Below, one piece after another: positions 1 through 11,193 of a stretch of 64,000 nt of DNA. Both the position numbers and the translations under genes were made by a program. Within the stretch, counting starts at the first letter, position 1. Every line of letters starts with the position of its first letter. Source of the stretch: Pseudomonas aeruginosa PAO1. GTDB lineage: Bacteria; Pseudomonadota; Gammaproteobacteria; Pseudomonadales; Pseudomonadaceae. The notes under the pieces are model-generated. The model ran no database searches. It had not been told where the DNA came from and saw nothing but the letters and a program-made list of their open reading frames with translations. Location of the stretch: the NCBI RefSeq assembly GCF_000006765.1, contig NC_002516.2, one strand, 5' to 3'.

Positions 1-2952
1 GCGCAACTCGGCGCTCCAGTCGCCATCGCTGAGCGGCTGTTGCGCCAGCGGAATGTAGTTGACTCCCTTGGCCAGCTCCAGGGTCTGGCTGCGCTGGCTG
101 CCAGGCGGCCCGCTGAGCAGCTCGGCCTTGACCGGCTGTTCGCCCTGGTTGAAGACGAACAGGCCGAGGTCGGGCTGGTCACCCTGGCGGAAGCGAGTCG
201 GCCCGCTCCACTTCAGGTACAGCGGCTTCTCCGAGCGAAGGAACTGCTTCTTCTGGCCGACCTGGCCGTTGTCGTCGATGGCCCGCGCGGTGATCCGCCA
301 GCGGGTCAGCGAGTCGGGCATGCGGAAGCTGAAGCTGGCCTTGCCCTGGGCGTCGGTGACCAGCTCCGGCTGCCAGGCGGCGGTGTCGACGTCCTCGCGG
401 CGCGGCCGCTCCAGTACCTTGACGCCGCGCTCGCTGCGGTTCGCCCGTCCGGGTGCGCTGGTGCTGCCGGGCAACGCCACGTCGTAGCTGATGAAGGCCA
501 GGCTGGCGCTGGTGCGCACGTTGTTGCGCCGCGGATGGTAGAAGAACTGGTCGATGCCGGGGGCGATCTCCGCCTGCAGGGCATAGACCATCTCATCCAC
601 CACGCTGACGGTCAGGTGGCTGGAAACCGGTTTGCCGGCGAAGCGCGTGGCCAGGGTCACGGTCACCGTCTCGCCCGGTTCGTAGCGCTCCTTGTCGGTG
701 GCGATGTCGATCTCTACCTGGGGCATGCCGACCTTGATCCCGGCGTTCTGGAAGCTGTAGTCGCCGCCCTTGGTGTAGAGCACCGAGAAGGTCAGGTTCG
801 GCGAGAACTCCTCGCGCACCGGGATCCACACGCGGTACTGGGTCGGATTGAGCTTTTCCAGGCGCAGCCAGTCGGCGCCCTTGGACAGCAGGGCGGTGGC
901 CTCGACCTTGTCGCGCTCCAGGGACAACAGCGCATCCTCCACCGGCTCGGGGAAGGTGATCAGTGCGGAGGCTTCCTCGCCGGTGCGGTACTCGGGCTTG
1001 TCGAACACCACCTCGACGGTGCCCGGCACCGACTTCACGCCCTCGCCGCTCACCGAGTGGCCGGTAGCGCCAAGGAGCTGGCCCTTGTCGTCGCGCAGCT
1101 CCACGGAATAGGTACCGGGGCGCTCGAAGGTCAGCGCGAAGCGGCCGTCGGCGACCGGACCGCTGTCGGTGGCGCGGTCCTCCAGGCGGATCCACTGGTA
1201 GCTGCTCGGCTTGAGCGGGGTCGGCTGTTCGCTGGCATAGCTGAACTCGACCTTCTCGCCGGCGGCGCTGAAGCGCTGCGGCGCGCTCAGGCGGTAGCGC
1301 GCGGCGCCGCGCTCGATGAGGATCTCCTTGCTGGTCTTGACCCGGTAGGCGGCGCCGTCGCTGGCGAAGATGGTCAGCATGTAGCGACTGGGTTTCTCGG
1401 CCGGCGGCAATTCGATGGCGGCGCGACCCTTGCCGTCGGTGGTCAGTTCGGTGCTGCTCAGTTCCACCGGGAACTGGCCGAGATACTGCAGTTCGTTGTC
1501 CACCATCGACAACTGCTGGGCGCGCAGGCTCAGTTGCAGGCGCGCGTTGGCCACCGGCTTGCCGTCCGGATAGAGCAGGACGATCTCGCCCTTCACCGGC
1601 TCGGCGGTCTTGAAGTCCGGCTTGGCCAGGTCGAGGGCGACTTCGAAGTGCGGCTTGATGTATTCGGCGACGCGGAAGGCGCTGCTGTAGGTCTGCCCGC
1701 GGTAGTCGAAGCGCAACTCGTAGCCGCCGGCGACGGCGTTCTCCGGCAGTTGGAAGCGGCCATTGGCGCCGCTCTTCGCGTCGAAGCGGAGGTCCAGGCT
1801 TTGCAATACCGTGCCGCTGGCGTCGATCACGCTCAGGCGCACCGGCGCGCTGGCGGCGGCCTGGGATTGCCGGGCGTCCTTGAACTCGCGGCCGACCATC
1901 TTCAACGAGACCCAGTCGCCCGGCCGGTACAGCGGGCGGTCGGTGAAGGCGTAGATCTTGGTGTCGTAGATCTCGCTGTCGTAATAGAAGTTCTCGGAGA
2001 CGAAGACCCCGCCCTCGCGGTCCTCGCCGATCACGTAGGAGCGCTCCGGACTGGCGTGCTTGAGCCGCAGCAGGCCGTCGGCGTCGGTATTGCCGCTGCT
2101 CATCACGCCCAGGCCGTCGGTCCACAGCACCTTGGTGTCGGGCACCGGGGTGCCTTCGTGCTTGCGTGCGGTCCAGACCAGCAGCTCGTCGCCGGCGACC
2201 TTGCTCACCGCCACGCTGTTGGAGACGAACACCACGGTGGTGGCGCGGTACTTGCCGACAAGCGCCTCGACCAGGTACAGGCCCGGCTTCAGCTTGCCCA
2301 GCGGGATGTAGACATTGCCCGGCACGACGTTGATGAACTCGCTGGAGGAACCGGCCAGCTTGACGTCCTGCGGCGGCTCGATGGGCTTGGCGTCCCACAG
2401 CGGATAGCGGAACTGGCTGACCAGCGGCAGGCCGGGAATCGGCGCGTATTGCGGCTGCGCGTCGTAGGGCGTCGGCGCGGTCATGGCGTTGCCCATCTTC
2501 AGCTCGGGCACCGCCTCGGTGACCTGTTGCCGCGACTCGTAGGAGAAGGCGCGCTGCATCACCCGGCGCGACTTGCGATACCAGTTGTCCCAGAGATAGG
2601 CCAGGGTGTTCGACAGGCCTTCGCCCTTGAACTGTCCCTCGGCCAGGACCCGGTGCAGGTTCTTCTGCCGCTTGAGGAACTCCAGCGGCTGTTCGATCCG
2701 GTACAGGCGCACGTCGACCCCGCCATAGGGCTCCATGCGGTAGCGCCGGTAGTCGCGGCCGGGCGCTTCGAGACGGACCCGCGCTTCCTCGTCGGTGGCG
2801 AAGCTGCTGTCGGCGAGCAGGAAGAAGGATTCGCCGGCCATCGGCGTGTAGCCGCTCGGTTCCACCGTGTCTTCCGCCTGGACGGCGGCGAACGGCAGCA
2901 GGACCAGGGCGGCGACCGCCAGGCTACGGCTGAAACGGCGCAGGTTGCTCAT
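1..2952 (-). CDS. magD: Alpha-2-macroglobulin-like protein MagD (PA4489), N-terminal 984 codons; continues past the left edge
   Basis: ATG at 2952 reads [26 protein letters not shown] (signal peptide) then MG-domain-type sequence. It is absent from the ORF track because its stop lies outside the window. It follows magABC. Confidence 0.93.
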   Translation of the reverse strand, partial: MSNLRRFSRSLAVAALVLLPFAAVQAEDTVEPSGYTPMAGESFFLLADSSFATDEEARVRLEAPGRDYRRYRMEPYGGVDVRLYRIEQPLEFLKRQKNLHRVLAEGQFKGEGLSNTLAYLWDNWYRKSRRVMQRAFSYESRQQVTEAVPELKMGNAMTAPTPYDAQPQYAPIPGLPLVSQFRYPLWDAKPIEPPQDVKLAGSSSEFINVVPGNVYIPLGKLKPGLYLVEALVGKYRATTVVFVSNSVAVSKVAGDELLVWTARKHEGTPVPDTKVLWTDGLGVMSSGNTDADGLLRLKHASPERSYVIGEDREGGVFVSENFYYDSEIYDTKIYAFTDRPLYRPGDWVSLKMVGREFKDARQSQAAASAPVRLSVIDASGTVLQSLDLRFDAKSGANGRFQLPENAVAGGYELRFDYRGQTYSSAFRVAEYIKPHFEVALDLAKPDFKTAEPVKGEIVLLYPDGKPVANARLQLSLRAQQLSMVDNELQYLGQFPVELSSTELTTDGKGRAAIELPPAEKPSRYMLTIFASDGAAYRVKTSKEILIERGAARYRLSAPQRFSAAGEKVEFSYASEQPTPLKPSSYQWIRLEDRATDSGPVADGRFALTFERPGTYSVELRDDKGQLLGATGHSVSGEGVKSVPGTVEVVFDKPEYRTGEEASALITFPEPVEDALLSLERDKVEATALLSKGADWLRLEKLNPTQYRVWIPVREEFSPNLTFSVLYTKGGDYSFQNAGIKVGMPQVEIDIATDKERYEPGETVTVTLATRFAGKPVSSHLTVSVVDEMVYALQAEIAPGIDQFFYHPRRNNVRTSASLAFISYDVALPGSTSAPGRANRSERGVKVLERPRREDVDTAAWQPELVTDAQGKASFSFRMPDSLTRWRITARAIDDNGQVGQKKQFLRSEKPLYLKWSGPTRFRQGDQPDLGLFVFNQGEQPVKAELLSGPPGSQRSQTLELAKGVNYIPLAQQPLSDGDWSAELR

Positions 2953-2978
2953 TGCTGTGGTCTTCACTGGGACGCGAT

Positions 2979-3617
2979 TCATTGAGAGAGGAAAGCCAGC
3001 CGATAGATGCCGATAAAGTTGGGATTGGATTCGTCGGGGATCCATCGGGTGTCCTTCCATGTCATGAGTTGTTGCAGGCTGACCGAGCGCATGCCGTTAT
3101 CGGTCGGGGTGCTGCTGCCGGTGTGATAGGCGATGGAGCGGCCCATCCAGATCATCAGGTGCTGGTCGTCGCCCTGGTCGTAGAACATCAGGTCGCCGGG
3201 GCGCGCCTGGTTGAGGTCGCGACCGACCAGCCGGCTGTTGAACTGCACCAGCTTGATCGCATTCACGTAGGGCCCGACCTGGCCGCCACCCTGCTGCCAG
3301 TTCTGCGCCAGGCGCCGTTGCTCGGGACTGAGCGCCAGCTCCGGGGGCAGGTAGCGGTTGGACAGGCCGTTGGCGCGCAGCCACTTGCCATCGTGGACTT
3401 TCAGCGCCTCGTTGGCGGCGAAGCGCACCAGGCCGGCGCAGTCCTGCTGGTGCCAGCGCGGACTCGGCCCTTGGCGCAACTGTTCCTGGGCGATGCGCAC
3501 GAACCAGGCGCGGAATACCTGCGATTGCTGCGGGTCGAGCGTTACCGCGGGCTCGCCGCGGGCAACGCCGCTGGCCAGCAGGAGCAGCGCCAGGCCGAAG
3601 GCAGTCAGGCGTCTCAC
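2979..3617 (-). CDS. magC: DUF1175/YfaT-family protein with NlpC/P60-like DCxGL motif (PA4490)
   Basis: ORF 2979..3650. GTG at 3617 overlaps the magB stop (GTGA) and gives signal peptide [21 protein letters not shown]. Contains [17 protein letters not shown] and YHTG. Confidence 0.85.
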   Translation of the reverse strand: MRRLTAFGLALLLLASGVARGEPAVTLDPQQSQVFRAWFVRIAQEQLRQGPSPRWHQQDCAGLVRFAANEALKVHDGKWLRANGLSNRYLPPELALSPEQRRLAQNWQQGGGQVGPYVNAIKLVQFNSRLVGRDLNQARPGDLMFYDQGDDQHLMIWMGRSIAYHTGSSTPTDNGMRSVSLQQLMTWKDTRWIPDESNPNFIGIYRLAFLSQ

Positions 3618-5383
3618 AGCGACCGCCATTCCAGCGGCAGCCATTGCCACGGTGCGTTGGCCTGGCTTCCGGCAGGCAGCCCGAGGGCGTAGCTGCCCTT
3701 GCCGGCGAGGGTTTTCAGGCGCGGCATCAGGTAGGTGTCGGCGGCATTGCGGAATACCGGCTCCATGTCCTGCGGCAGGCTGTCGAGGGTTTCCCGTTGC
3801 AGCAGTTCGGAGAGCGGCTGCGGCGCCAGGTAGGCCGGTACCAGCGCATCCTTCGGCAACACCTCGGCGAGCGGCGGATAGCGTTTGTCGAGGGTGTCCA
3901 GGGCCTTGCCGAGCAACTGGTCGTCGAGGGAGAACAGCAGGGTCTGGCCATGGCGCGCCATGCCGATGCGGAAGAACGCGCGGCCGCTGATGCTGTCCGG
4001 GTTGTCCGCCTGGCTGGCCGGATAGGCGCCGAAGTTCGAGCTGACCTGGCGGGTCCAGCGGCGGGTCTGGCCATCCACCCGGTCTTCCACCGGGAAGCTG
4101 CCACCCTCGACCTTGGCTTCCTTCGCGCCGATCACGCGACCGAACAGCTTGCCCAGCTCGTCGTCGAGTTCGGCACTGGCCGGCGCGCTCAACTGGCCCA
4201 CCAGCAGCGGCGAATGCAGCCGCGAACTGGCGTACCAGCAGAGACCGGCAGCGCCGCTGAGATGCTCGGAGAAGGCCTGGGCCATCTTCTGCTCGGCCCC
4301 CAGACGCTCCAGCATCACCCCGTACAGGCCAGGGGTGACCGGCAGCGCCACGCAGGCGCTGGCGCCCATCGGCATGGCCTGCCAGACCGGGGCGAAGTCC
4401 AGCGGCGGCTGGCGTTCCACCTCGTTCAGCGCCAGGTAGCTGCTCCAGCCCTGCTCGCCCTTCTCGAAGCGCACCCCGGCGAAGCTCGGGATGAAGCGCT
4501 GGTAACCCATGGCCAGGACGCTGGCATTGAGGGTGATGCGCTGGCGCAGCTCGCCGCGGCCCGGCAGGCCGAAGCGCTCGGGGAACAGTTCGTCGCCGTC
4601 GAGCAGTGCCTCCAGGTCTTCGCTGGCCGGAGCGTTCAGCGGGCTGTCGTCGCTTTCGCCACCATCGTCGAAGAGCATCCGTGGGTTCGACAGCAACAAC
4701 AGCCGGTCGCCCTTGGACAGGAACAGCATCGCCTTGTCGTTGCCGTAGCGCAGGCGATAGACCGAGGTTCCCGCCAACTCGCCGACCTTGCGCAACTGCT
4801 GGTCGTCGGCGGCGATATGGGCCAGCGGCTCGAGCACCCGCGCCAGGCCGCCGCGCTTGAGCACCACCACGAAGTCGCGCAGGCGGCCGTCGGCGCCGCG
4901 CCAGAGGGCGACCTGGGCCGGTTGGTCGAGCAGTTCCTCGACCAGGCTGTCCTTCAGGGTCAGGTCGTGCTCGTAGATGATCCGCCGCAACGTACCGGTC
5001 AGGCCGAGGCGGTCGCCATTGTTCTCGTAATAGAAGACGAAGTCCTCGGTCAGGGTATCGCGCAGCAACGGCACCTCGAGGATTTCCTTCGGCAGGCGGC
5101 TCAGCGACACGCTCTCGATCAGCGCGTCGGGCTTGCGCAGGTCACGGTAGGCACGTGGCGCGTCGGCGGCCGCGGGTGCCTGGGCGCCGATCGGCTGGCC
5201 GAGGTCCTCTTCGGCCGGGCGCCCTCCGCCGAGCCGCTCCAGCCAGCCCATCTGCCAGGCCAGCACACCGCCGGCGGCCAGCGCGGCGACGATCCCCAGC
5301 ACCGGCCACAGGGCGCTTCGGGTGCGCGCAGCGGCGGGCGCAGGGGTTCCGTTGGCAGGGCTGGGGGTGTTGTTCTCGCTCAT
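3614..5383 (-). CDS. magB: DUF2138/YfaA-family inner-membrane-anchored protein (PA4491)
   Basis: 589-aa ORF with a single N-terminal TM segment ([19 protein letters not shown]), within the mag operon. Confidence 0.85.
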   Translation of the reverse strand: MSENNTPSPANGTPAPAAARTRSALWPVLGIVAALAAGGVLAWQMGWLERLGGGRPAEEDLGQPIGAQAPAAADAPRAYRDLRKPDALIESVSLSRLPKEILEVPLLRDTLTEDFVFYYENNGDRLGLTGTLRRIIYEHDLTLKDSLVEELLDQPAQVALWRGADGRLRDFVVVLKRGGLARVLEPLAHIAADDQQLRKVGELAGTSVYRLRYGNDKAMLFLSKGDRLLLLSNPRMLFDDGGESDDSPLNAPASEDLEALLDGDELFPERFGLPGRGELRQRITLNASVLAMGYQRFIPSFAGVRFEKGEQGWSSYLALNEVERQPPLDFAPVWQAMPMGASACVALPVTPGLYGVMLERLGAEQKMAQAFSEHLSGAAGLCWYASSRLHSPLLVGQLSAPASAELDDELGKLFGRVIGAKEAKVEGGSFPVEDRVDGQTRRWTRQVSSNFGAYPASQADNPDSISGRAFFRIGMARHGQTLLFSLDDQLLGKALDTLDKRYPPLAEVLPKDALVPAYLAPQPLSELLQRETLDSLPQDMEPVFRNAADTYLMPRLKTLAGKGSYALGLPAGSQANAPWQWLPLEWRSL

Positions 5384-5421
5384 GGTTCGCTAATCCCGTG
5401 TCATCCGTACGAGGGGATGCT

Positions 5422-6231
5422 TCAGTAGGTAAAGGTCTTGACCAGCACCAGGTCGCCGATGGTGCGCAGGGGCACGACGAAGGTCTCGTGCTTCTCGTCG
5501 ACGCTGTTTTCATTGAACACCAGGTTGACCTGCGCGGTGATCACGTCCTGTACGTTGCTGCCGGCCTGGAAGTTGTAGCCCTGGTTGTTGAGGTTGCCCC
5601 AGTAGTTCACGTAGATCAGGTAGGTGCCGTGCAGCGGCGCGCCCATGGTGAACATCTCCGGGCCGGGCCCGTCGACGCCGTCCGGATCGAGGCCGCCGCT
5701 GTTGCTCAGGCGCGGATGCGCCCAGTAGGCGTGCTGGCCATCGGGGGTGACGATATGCAGGTCAAGCTCGGCCTTCGGATCGTCCCAACCCAGCACCACG
5801 CGCACGCGCGGCGGCAGTTGGGAGCGATTGGCCTCGTAGAACTGTACGCGCTTGAGGATCTTGCCGTCGGCGCTGCCGACCTGGACGCCGTTGGAGCCGT
5901 GGCCGAACGCATAGGGGCGGACGAAGCGCCCGGCGCCGTCGGTATAGAGAGGGAGAGGATTGCCGTTGACCACCAGGCGCTGGGCGCGCTCGGTGCCGAC
6001 CAGTTCGCGCAGGTGTCCTTCGATCAGGCTGCGGCCGCGCTGGCCGCCGCGATCGATGGGCGGAGTCGGATAGGCGACACGCGGGGCATCGGGCTGCTCG
6101 AGCAGGCCGGAATAGCGCCAGCCTGCCGTCGGACCATCCAGGTCCACCGAAGGCTCGGCTAGTGCAGGCAGCCCGAAGGCCAGTCCGAACAGCACCGACA
6201 GGCAGCCGGCACTCGAACCGAAGATACGCAT
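5422..6231 (-). CDS. magA: DUF2135/YfaP-family exported protein (PA4492)
   Basis: ATG at 6231 preceded by AGGGA at 6-nt spacing. Has a signal peptide and the WD..DLDLHIVTPDG and DGPGPE motifs. Confidence 0.85.
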   Translation of the reverse strand: MRIFGSSAGCLSVLFGLAFGLPALAEPSVDLDGPTAGWRYSGLLEQPDAPRVAYPTPPIDRGGQRGRSLIEGHLRELVGTERAQRLVVNGNPLPLYTDGAGRFVRPYAFGHGSNGVQVGSADGKILKRVQFYEANRSQLPPRVRVVLGWDDPKAELDLHIVTPDGQHAYWAHPRLSNSGGLDPDGVDGPGPEMFTMGAPLHGTYLIYVNYWGNLNNQGYNFQAGSNVQDVITAQVNLVFNENSVDEKHETFVVPLRTIGDLVLVKTFTY

Positions 6232-6234
6232 GAT

Positions 6235-6245
6235 CAATCCCTGGT
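6235..6245 (-). promoter_or_regulatory. Candidate RsmA/CsrA site (CAGGGAU) overlapping the magA Shine-Dalgarno
   Basis: Minus strand reads ACCAGGGATTG, an ANGGA motif at the RBS. The mag operon is known to be under Gac/Rsm control. Confidence 0.5.
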
Positions 6246-6356
6246 CGTGCGATTCATGAAAGTTGCATCTTAACGATTGCGCTGTCCGCTGGATATCCCC
6301 GGCGACCGGCGGAATGTGCGAAATCCACCGCGATTCGACGGAAAGCGGAAAGTATA

Positions 6357-6378
6357 GGGGGCGCCATGCGGCGCCCCC
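6357..6378 (-). terminator. GC-rich hairpin downstream of roxR
   Basis: GGGGGCGCC-atgc-GGCGCCCCC, 9-bp stem, weak U-tract. Confidence 0.55.
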
Positions 6379-6393
6379 GTTGTCATTTACGCT

Positions 6394-6954
6394 TCAGCGC
6401 CGTACCGGCCGCTTCTGCAGCTTGCGCTGCAAGGTCCGTCGATGCATGCCCAGGGCGCGGGCGGTGGCGGAGATGTTGCCCTCGTGCTCGGCGAGCACGC
6501 GCTGGATGTGCTCCCATTGCAGGCGATCCACCGACATCGGGTTTTCCGGCACCAGGGTGTCCAGGTCGGCGTGCTCGGAGAGCAGCGCGGCCAACACGTC
6601 ATCGGCATCCGCCGGCTTGCACAGGTAGTTGCAGGCGCCGCGCTTGATCGCCTCCACCGCGGTGGCGATGCTGGAATAGCCGGTGAGGATCACCACCCGC
6701 ATGTCCGCGTGCAGCTCCAGCAGCTTCGGCAGCAGCACCAGGCCGGAGTCGCCTTCCATCTTCAGGTCGAGCACGGCATAGTCCGGCGTGTCCTGCTGGG
6801 CCAGCGCCAGGCCTTCCTCGGCGGAGCCGGCGGTGCTGACCCGCAGGCCGCGACGGCTCATGGCCCGCGCCAGGACCCGGGTAAAGGTGGGATCGTCGTC
6901 CACCAGCAGGAGATGGGGTTGTTCTTCCCCTTCGAAGAGCAGCTCTTCAGACAT
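6394..6954 (-). CDS. roxR: RegA/PrrA-family response regulator RoxR (PA4493)
   Basis: 186 aa; receiver domain (LLLVDDD, VLDLKM) and RegA-type HTH (WEHIQRVL..NISATARALGMHRRTLQRKL). Confidence 0.95.
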   Translation of the reverse strand: MSEELLFEGEEQPHLLLVDDDPTFTRVLARAMSRRGLRVSTAGSAEEGLALAQQDTPDYAVLDLKMEGDSGLVLLPKLLELHADMRVVILTGYSSIATAVEAIKRGACNYLCKPADADDVLAALLSEHADLDTLVPENPMSVDRLQWEHIQRVLAEHEGNISATARALGMHRRTLQRKLQKRPVRR

Positions 6955-6979
6955 AGGCAGGGCCTCTCAGACGGATCAC

Positions 6980-8248
6980 TCAAGCCATTCCGTAGCTGCG
7001 CGGCAAGCGCAGTTCGGTCAGAGTGCCGCCATCTTCGTGGTTATACAACTTCACCGTTCCACCAGCGCGGGTCACGCTGGCCTGACTGAGAAACAGGCCG
7101 AGGCCGAAGCCCTTGCCCTTGGTGGTGAAGAACGGTTTGCCGATCTGTTCGGCGATCGCCAGGGGCACCCCGACGCCGTGGTCGCGGATACTCAGGCAGA
7201 TACTGCTGCTGTCCCAGTCCAGGCGGATGTCGAGGTCGTCGGGACAGGCGTCCGCCGCATTGTTCAGCAGGTTCAGCAGAGCCTGGCTGAGGTCGGTCGG
7301 CGGGGTCAGGCGCGGCGCGGAGCCGAGGCCCAGGCACTGGTAGCGGTAGGAAGCCTCCGGACGCATCAGGTGCCAGCGGCGCAGCACCGATTCCAGCCAT
7401 TCCGCGGCGCTTTGCTCCTCGATCGCCTGACGACGGTCGGCCTCGGCCGCCCGTACCAGTTGCTGGAGGGTGTGCTTGCACTGCTTGACCTGTTCCTGGA
7501 GCAATGCCAGGTCTTCCTGCAGGGTCGGGTCCTGCGGGCGCTCCTGGCGCAGCTCGTTGAGCAGCACGCTCATGGTCGCCAGCGGCGTACCCAGTTCGTG
7601 CGCGGCACCGGCCGCCTGGGTGGCCACCGCGAGCAACTGCTGGTCGCGCATGCTTTCCTCGCGCCGCTCGGCCTGCATGTGCGCCTGCCAGCGCAGCGCC
7701 TCGGACATCTTCACCACGAAGAAGGTGATGAAGGCCGCCGACAGGGCGAAGTTCAGCCACATGCCGAACAGGTGCAGGTTGATCAGCATCGCCTCGTGCT
7801 GAACCGCCTGCAGGTGCAGCGGGTGGTACCAGATCAGCAGCAGGGTGTAGCCGGTCAGGGCCAGGCCGGAGAGCACCATGGAGTAGATCCAGGGCAGGGT
7901 CGCAGCGGCGATGGTCAGCGGTACCAGGTAATAGGAGACGAAGGGGTTGGTCGAGCCGCCCGAGTAATACAGCAAGGTGCTGTGGATGATCAGGTCGCAG
8001 GCCAGTTGTACCGCGTACTCCTGGTCGGTCACCGGCCACGGCGCGCGCAGGCGCAGCGCGGTGAACAGAATCAGGCAGGCGGACAGGCCAAGGGTCAGGC
8101 CGAGCGCCAGCCACGGCAGCGGCAACAGGTCGGAGAGCCAGGCGAAACCCACCGAGCCGGCCTGCGCGGCCAGCACGAGAATACGGATGAGGAGCAGACG
8201 GCCAAGGTTCTGGCGACTGGCGGAGAGCAGGAAAACCGGTGCGCGCAT
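6980..8248 (-). CDS. roxS: RegB/PrrB-family sensor kinase RoxS (PA4494)
   Basis: Probable ATG at 8248 (422 aa). Multiple TMs, GGSTNPF quinone-binding motif, H-box AAHELGTPL, G-box GFGLGLFL. Confidence 0.93.
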   Translation of the reverse strand: MRAPVFLLSASRQNLGRLLLIRILVLAAQAGSVGFAWLSDLLPLPWLALGLTLGLSACLILFTALRLRAPWPVTDQEYAVQLACDLIIHSTLLYYSGGSTNPFVSYYLVPLTIAAATLPWIYSMVLSGLALTGYTLLLIWYHPLHLQAVQHEAMLINLHLFGMWLNFALSAAFITFFVVKMSEALRWQAHMQAERREESMRDQQLLAVATQAAGAAHELGTPLATMSVLLNELRQERPQDPTLQEDLALLQEQVKQCKHTLQQLVRAAEADRRQAIEEQSAAEWLESVLRRWHLMRPEASYRYQCLGLGSAPRLTPPTDLSQALLNLLNNAADACPDDLDIRLDWDSSSICLSIRDHGVGVPLAIAEQIGKPFFTTKGKGFGLGLFLSQASVTRAGGTVKLYNHEDGGTLTELRLPRSYGMA

Positions 8249-8524
8249 GTTTTCTTCCGGAATAAGCGCGAGTATAGCCAAGACGCTGTCGGCAACTCTG
8301 CGGCAAAGTGACTCAGAAACCTCGCAGGTCGCCATCCTGCCCTGTTTCGCCGAGCGCTGTCAGGGCTCAGATCAGTAAATTTCACGTTTTTTCCGAAATC
8401 GCCTAACCCGTTCCGGGAAAAGCCTTCGTCTCATGGTCCAAGACTGGCGTATAGGCGTGTTTGCCGCGCCTGCCGGAACGATGCTCTACAGTGTGAATTC
8501 AGCCTTAGTACAAGGAGTTGCCCA

Positions 8525-9235
8525 ATGTCTGCGATTTCCCGCCTGGCCGCCGCCGTCACCCTCTGCGCCGCCAGCCTCTCGGCCGTCGCCGAGGAAGCGC
8601 CGCGCTACAACCAGGTCTCGCTGCACGCCGAAGTCAGCCAGCAGGTGGCCCACGACCTGATGCAGGTCACCCTCTACAGCGAAAACCAGGGCAGCGATCC
8701 GGCCAAGCTCGCCGCCGAGACCACCAGCGTCCTCAACGCCGCCGTCGCCGACGCGCGCAAGGTCAAGGGCGTGACCATCAGCCTGGGCAGTCGCAACAGC
8801 TATCCGGTCTACGACGACAAGGGCCAGAAGATCACCGGCTGGCGCGAGCGCGCCGAGCTGCGCCTGGAAAGCTCCGACTTCGCCGCCCTCGGCCAGCTTT
8901 CCGCCGACCTGCTGGGCAAGCTGAAGATGGGCGGCATGGACTTCAGCATCGCCGATGCGACCCGCAAGAAGAACGAGGACCAATTGATGAAAGGCGCCGT
9001 GGACGCGTTCAAGGAGCGCGCCCAGTTGCTCACCGAGGCGCTCGGCGGCAAGGGCTACAAGCTGGTCAGCCTGAGCGTGAACAGCGCCGGCGCACCGCGC
9101 CCGTACCCGGTGATGCGGATGGCGGCGATGAAGGCCGACGCCAGCTTCGGTGGCGCCCAGGCGCCGGAGATCGAGGCCGGGACCAGCCAGGTCACGGTCA
9201 ACGCCGACGGTGTGATCGAGGTGCAGATGCCCTGA
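8525..9235 (+). CDS. SIMPL/DUF541 periplasmic protein (PA4495)
   Basis: 236 aa, signal peptide, SIMPL-type C-terminus (EIEAGTSQVTVNADG), SD AAGGAG. Confidence 0.85.
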   Translation: MSAISRLAAAVTLCAASLSAVAEEAPRYNQVSLHAEVSQQVAHDLMQVTLYSENQGSDPAKLAAETTSVLNAAVADARKVKGVTISLGSRNSYPVYDDKGQKITGWRERAELRLESSDFAALGQLSADLLGKLKMGGMDFSIADATRKKNEDQLMKGAVDAFKERAQLLTEALGGKGYKLVSLSVNSAGAPRPYPVMRMAAMKADASFGGAQAPEIEAGTSQVTVNADGVIEVQMP

Positions 9236-9253
9236 TCCGGTCGGCGCGCACCA

Positions 9254-9281
9254 CAAGAGGCAGCCTCCGGGCTGCCTCTTG
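9254..9281 (+). terminator. Intrinsic terminator after the SIMPL gene
   Basis: CAAGAGGCAGCC-tccg-GGCTGCCTCTTG, 12-bp perfect stem. Confidence 0.75.
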
Positions 9282-9404
9282 CGTTTCCACTGTCTCTCGC
9301 GCAGCAAACGCGGCCTGCGTCGCGTTTGCGCAAATTCGAAAATGCGACATTCCCTTTCAAACGGATAACAACATCTACACTGAACCGACCTCGACGCTTG
9401 CGGC

Positions 9405-9420
9405 CGGCACATGCCCTGCA
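9405..9420 (+). promoter_or_regulatory. Candidate sigma54 (-24/-12) promoter of dppA1
   Basis: CGGCACATGCCCTGCA against consensus TGGCACGNNNNTTGCW, with exact GG-to-GC spacing, 68 bp before the ATG. Confidence 0.55.
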
Positions 9421-9487
9421 TAGCTTCGCGCAAGACAGCTCACGAGGCTGTCCCTCGCAGACAATCAAAATAACCAGAGGTCACTCC

Positions 9488-11101
9488 ATGCGTAGAAACG
9501 CCGTCATCCGCTCCGCGATCATTCCCTCGCTGCTCGGCGCAGCGCTGGTCGCCGCCGTTCCCCAGGCCTTCGCCAGCAACCTGATCTTCTGCTCGGAAGG
9601 CAGCCCGGCCGGCTTCGATCCCGCCCAGTACACCACCGGTACCGATTTCGACGCCGCGGCGGAAACCGTCTTCAACCGCCTGACCCAGTTCGAGCGCGGC
9701 GGCACCAAGGTCCTTCCCGGCCTCGCGGAAAGCTGGGACGTCAGCGACGACGGCAAGACCTATACCTTCCACCTGCGCAAGGGCGTGAAGTTCCACAGTA
9801 CCGACTACTTCAAGCCGACCCGCGAATTCAATGCCGACGACGTGCTGTTCACCTTCGAACGCATGCTCGACAAGGATCATCCGTTCCGCAAGGCCTACCC
9901 CACCGAGTTTCCCTACTTCACCGACATGGGCCTGGACAAGAACATCGCCAGGGTCGAGAAGCTCGACGAGCATACGGTGAAGTTCACCCTCAACGAGGTC
10001 GACGCGGCCTTCATCCAGAACCTGGCGATGCCCTTCCCATCGATCCAGTCCGCCGAATACGCCGCGCAACTGCTCAAGCAGGGCAAGGCCAGCGACATCA
10101 ACCAGAAGCCGATCGGCACCGGCCCGTTCGTGTTCAGCCGCTACCAGAAGGATGCGCAGATCCGCTTCAAGGGCAACAAGGACTACTGGAAGCCGGACGA
10201 GGTGAAGGTCGACAACCTGATCTTCGCCATCAACACCGACGCCTCGGTGCGCGCGCAGAAGCTCAAGGCCGGCGAGTGCCAGATCACCCTCAACCCGCGC
10301 CCCGCCGACCTCGACGCGCTGAAGAAGGACCCGAACCTGAACCTGCCGTCGCAGGCCGGCTTCAACCTCGGCTACATCGCCTACAACGTCACCCACAAGC
10401 CGTTCGACAAGCTGGAAGTACGCCAGGCGCTGGACATGGCGGTGAACAAGAAGGCCATCATCGACGCCGTCTACCAGGGCGCCGGCCAGTTGGCGAGCAA
10501 CGGCATGCCACCGACCCAGTGGTCCTACGACGAGACCATCAAGGACGCGCCCTACGATCCGGCCAAGGCCAGGGAGCTGCTGAAGAAGGCCGGCGTCGCC
10601 GAGGGCACCGAGATCACCCTGTGGGCCATGCCGGTACAACGCCCCTACAACCCCAACGCCAAGCTGATGGCGGAAATGCTGCAGAACGATTGGGCGAAGA
10701 TCGGTATCAAGGCGAAGATCGTCACCTACGAATGGGGCGAATACATCAAGCGCGCCAAGGGCGGCGAGCATGACGCCATGCTGATCGGCTGGAGCGGCGA
10801 CAACGGCGACCCGGACAACTGGCTCGGCACCCTCTACGGCTGCGACGCGGTGGACGGCAACAACTTCTCCAAATGGTGCGACGCCGGCTACGACAAGCTG
10901 GTCAAGGATGCCAAGCGCACCACCGACCAGGGCAAGCGCACCGAGCTGTACAAGCAGGCCCAGCACATCCTCAAGGAACAGGTGCCGATCACCCCGATCG
11001 CCCACTCCACCGTGTACCAGCCGATGCGCAAGACGGTACACGACTTCAGGATCAGTCCCTTCGGCCTGAACTCATTCTACGAGGTCAGCGTCGGCAAGTA
11101 G
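9488..11101 (+). CDS. dppA1: Dipeptide ABC transporter substrate-binding protein DppA1 (PA4496)
   Basis: ATG 9488 after AGAGG, 537 aa, SBP family 5 motifs ([28 protein letters not shown]). Confidence 0.93.
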
Positions 11102-11193
11102 TTCGCCTGCCAGCCGCGCCGCCCCGCCACGAGCGAGGCGGCGCCTCTCCCCGGGGCGGCCGACCCGGCCGTCCCGCTCCAGAGGAGTCATCC

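Noticed and set aside
40-2985. 981-aa plus-strand ORF, and similar long antisense ORFs (16004-18604, 18447-20246, 43422-45893, 9440-11041)
   Set aside because: Codon-aligned shadows of real genes on the opposite strand. High GC3 suppresses antisense stops, and they show no recognisable motifs.
6980-8335. Upstream-extended starts in the ORF track (roxS 8335, dppA1 9326, dppA2 10873, opdP 16745, dppC 20934, dppF 22899, piuC 33900, ampE 43014)
   Set aside because: Downstream starts have SD sequences, signal peptides or translational coupling and give family-typical lengths.
8476-8505. AlgU promoter upstream of the SIMPL gene
   Set aside because: GAACGA...TCAGC matches the GAACTT-N16/17-TCTGA consensus too poorly.
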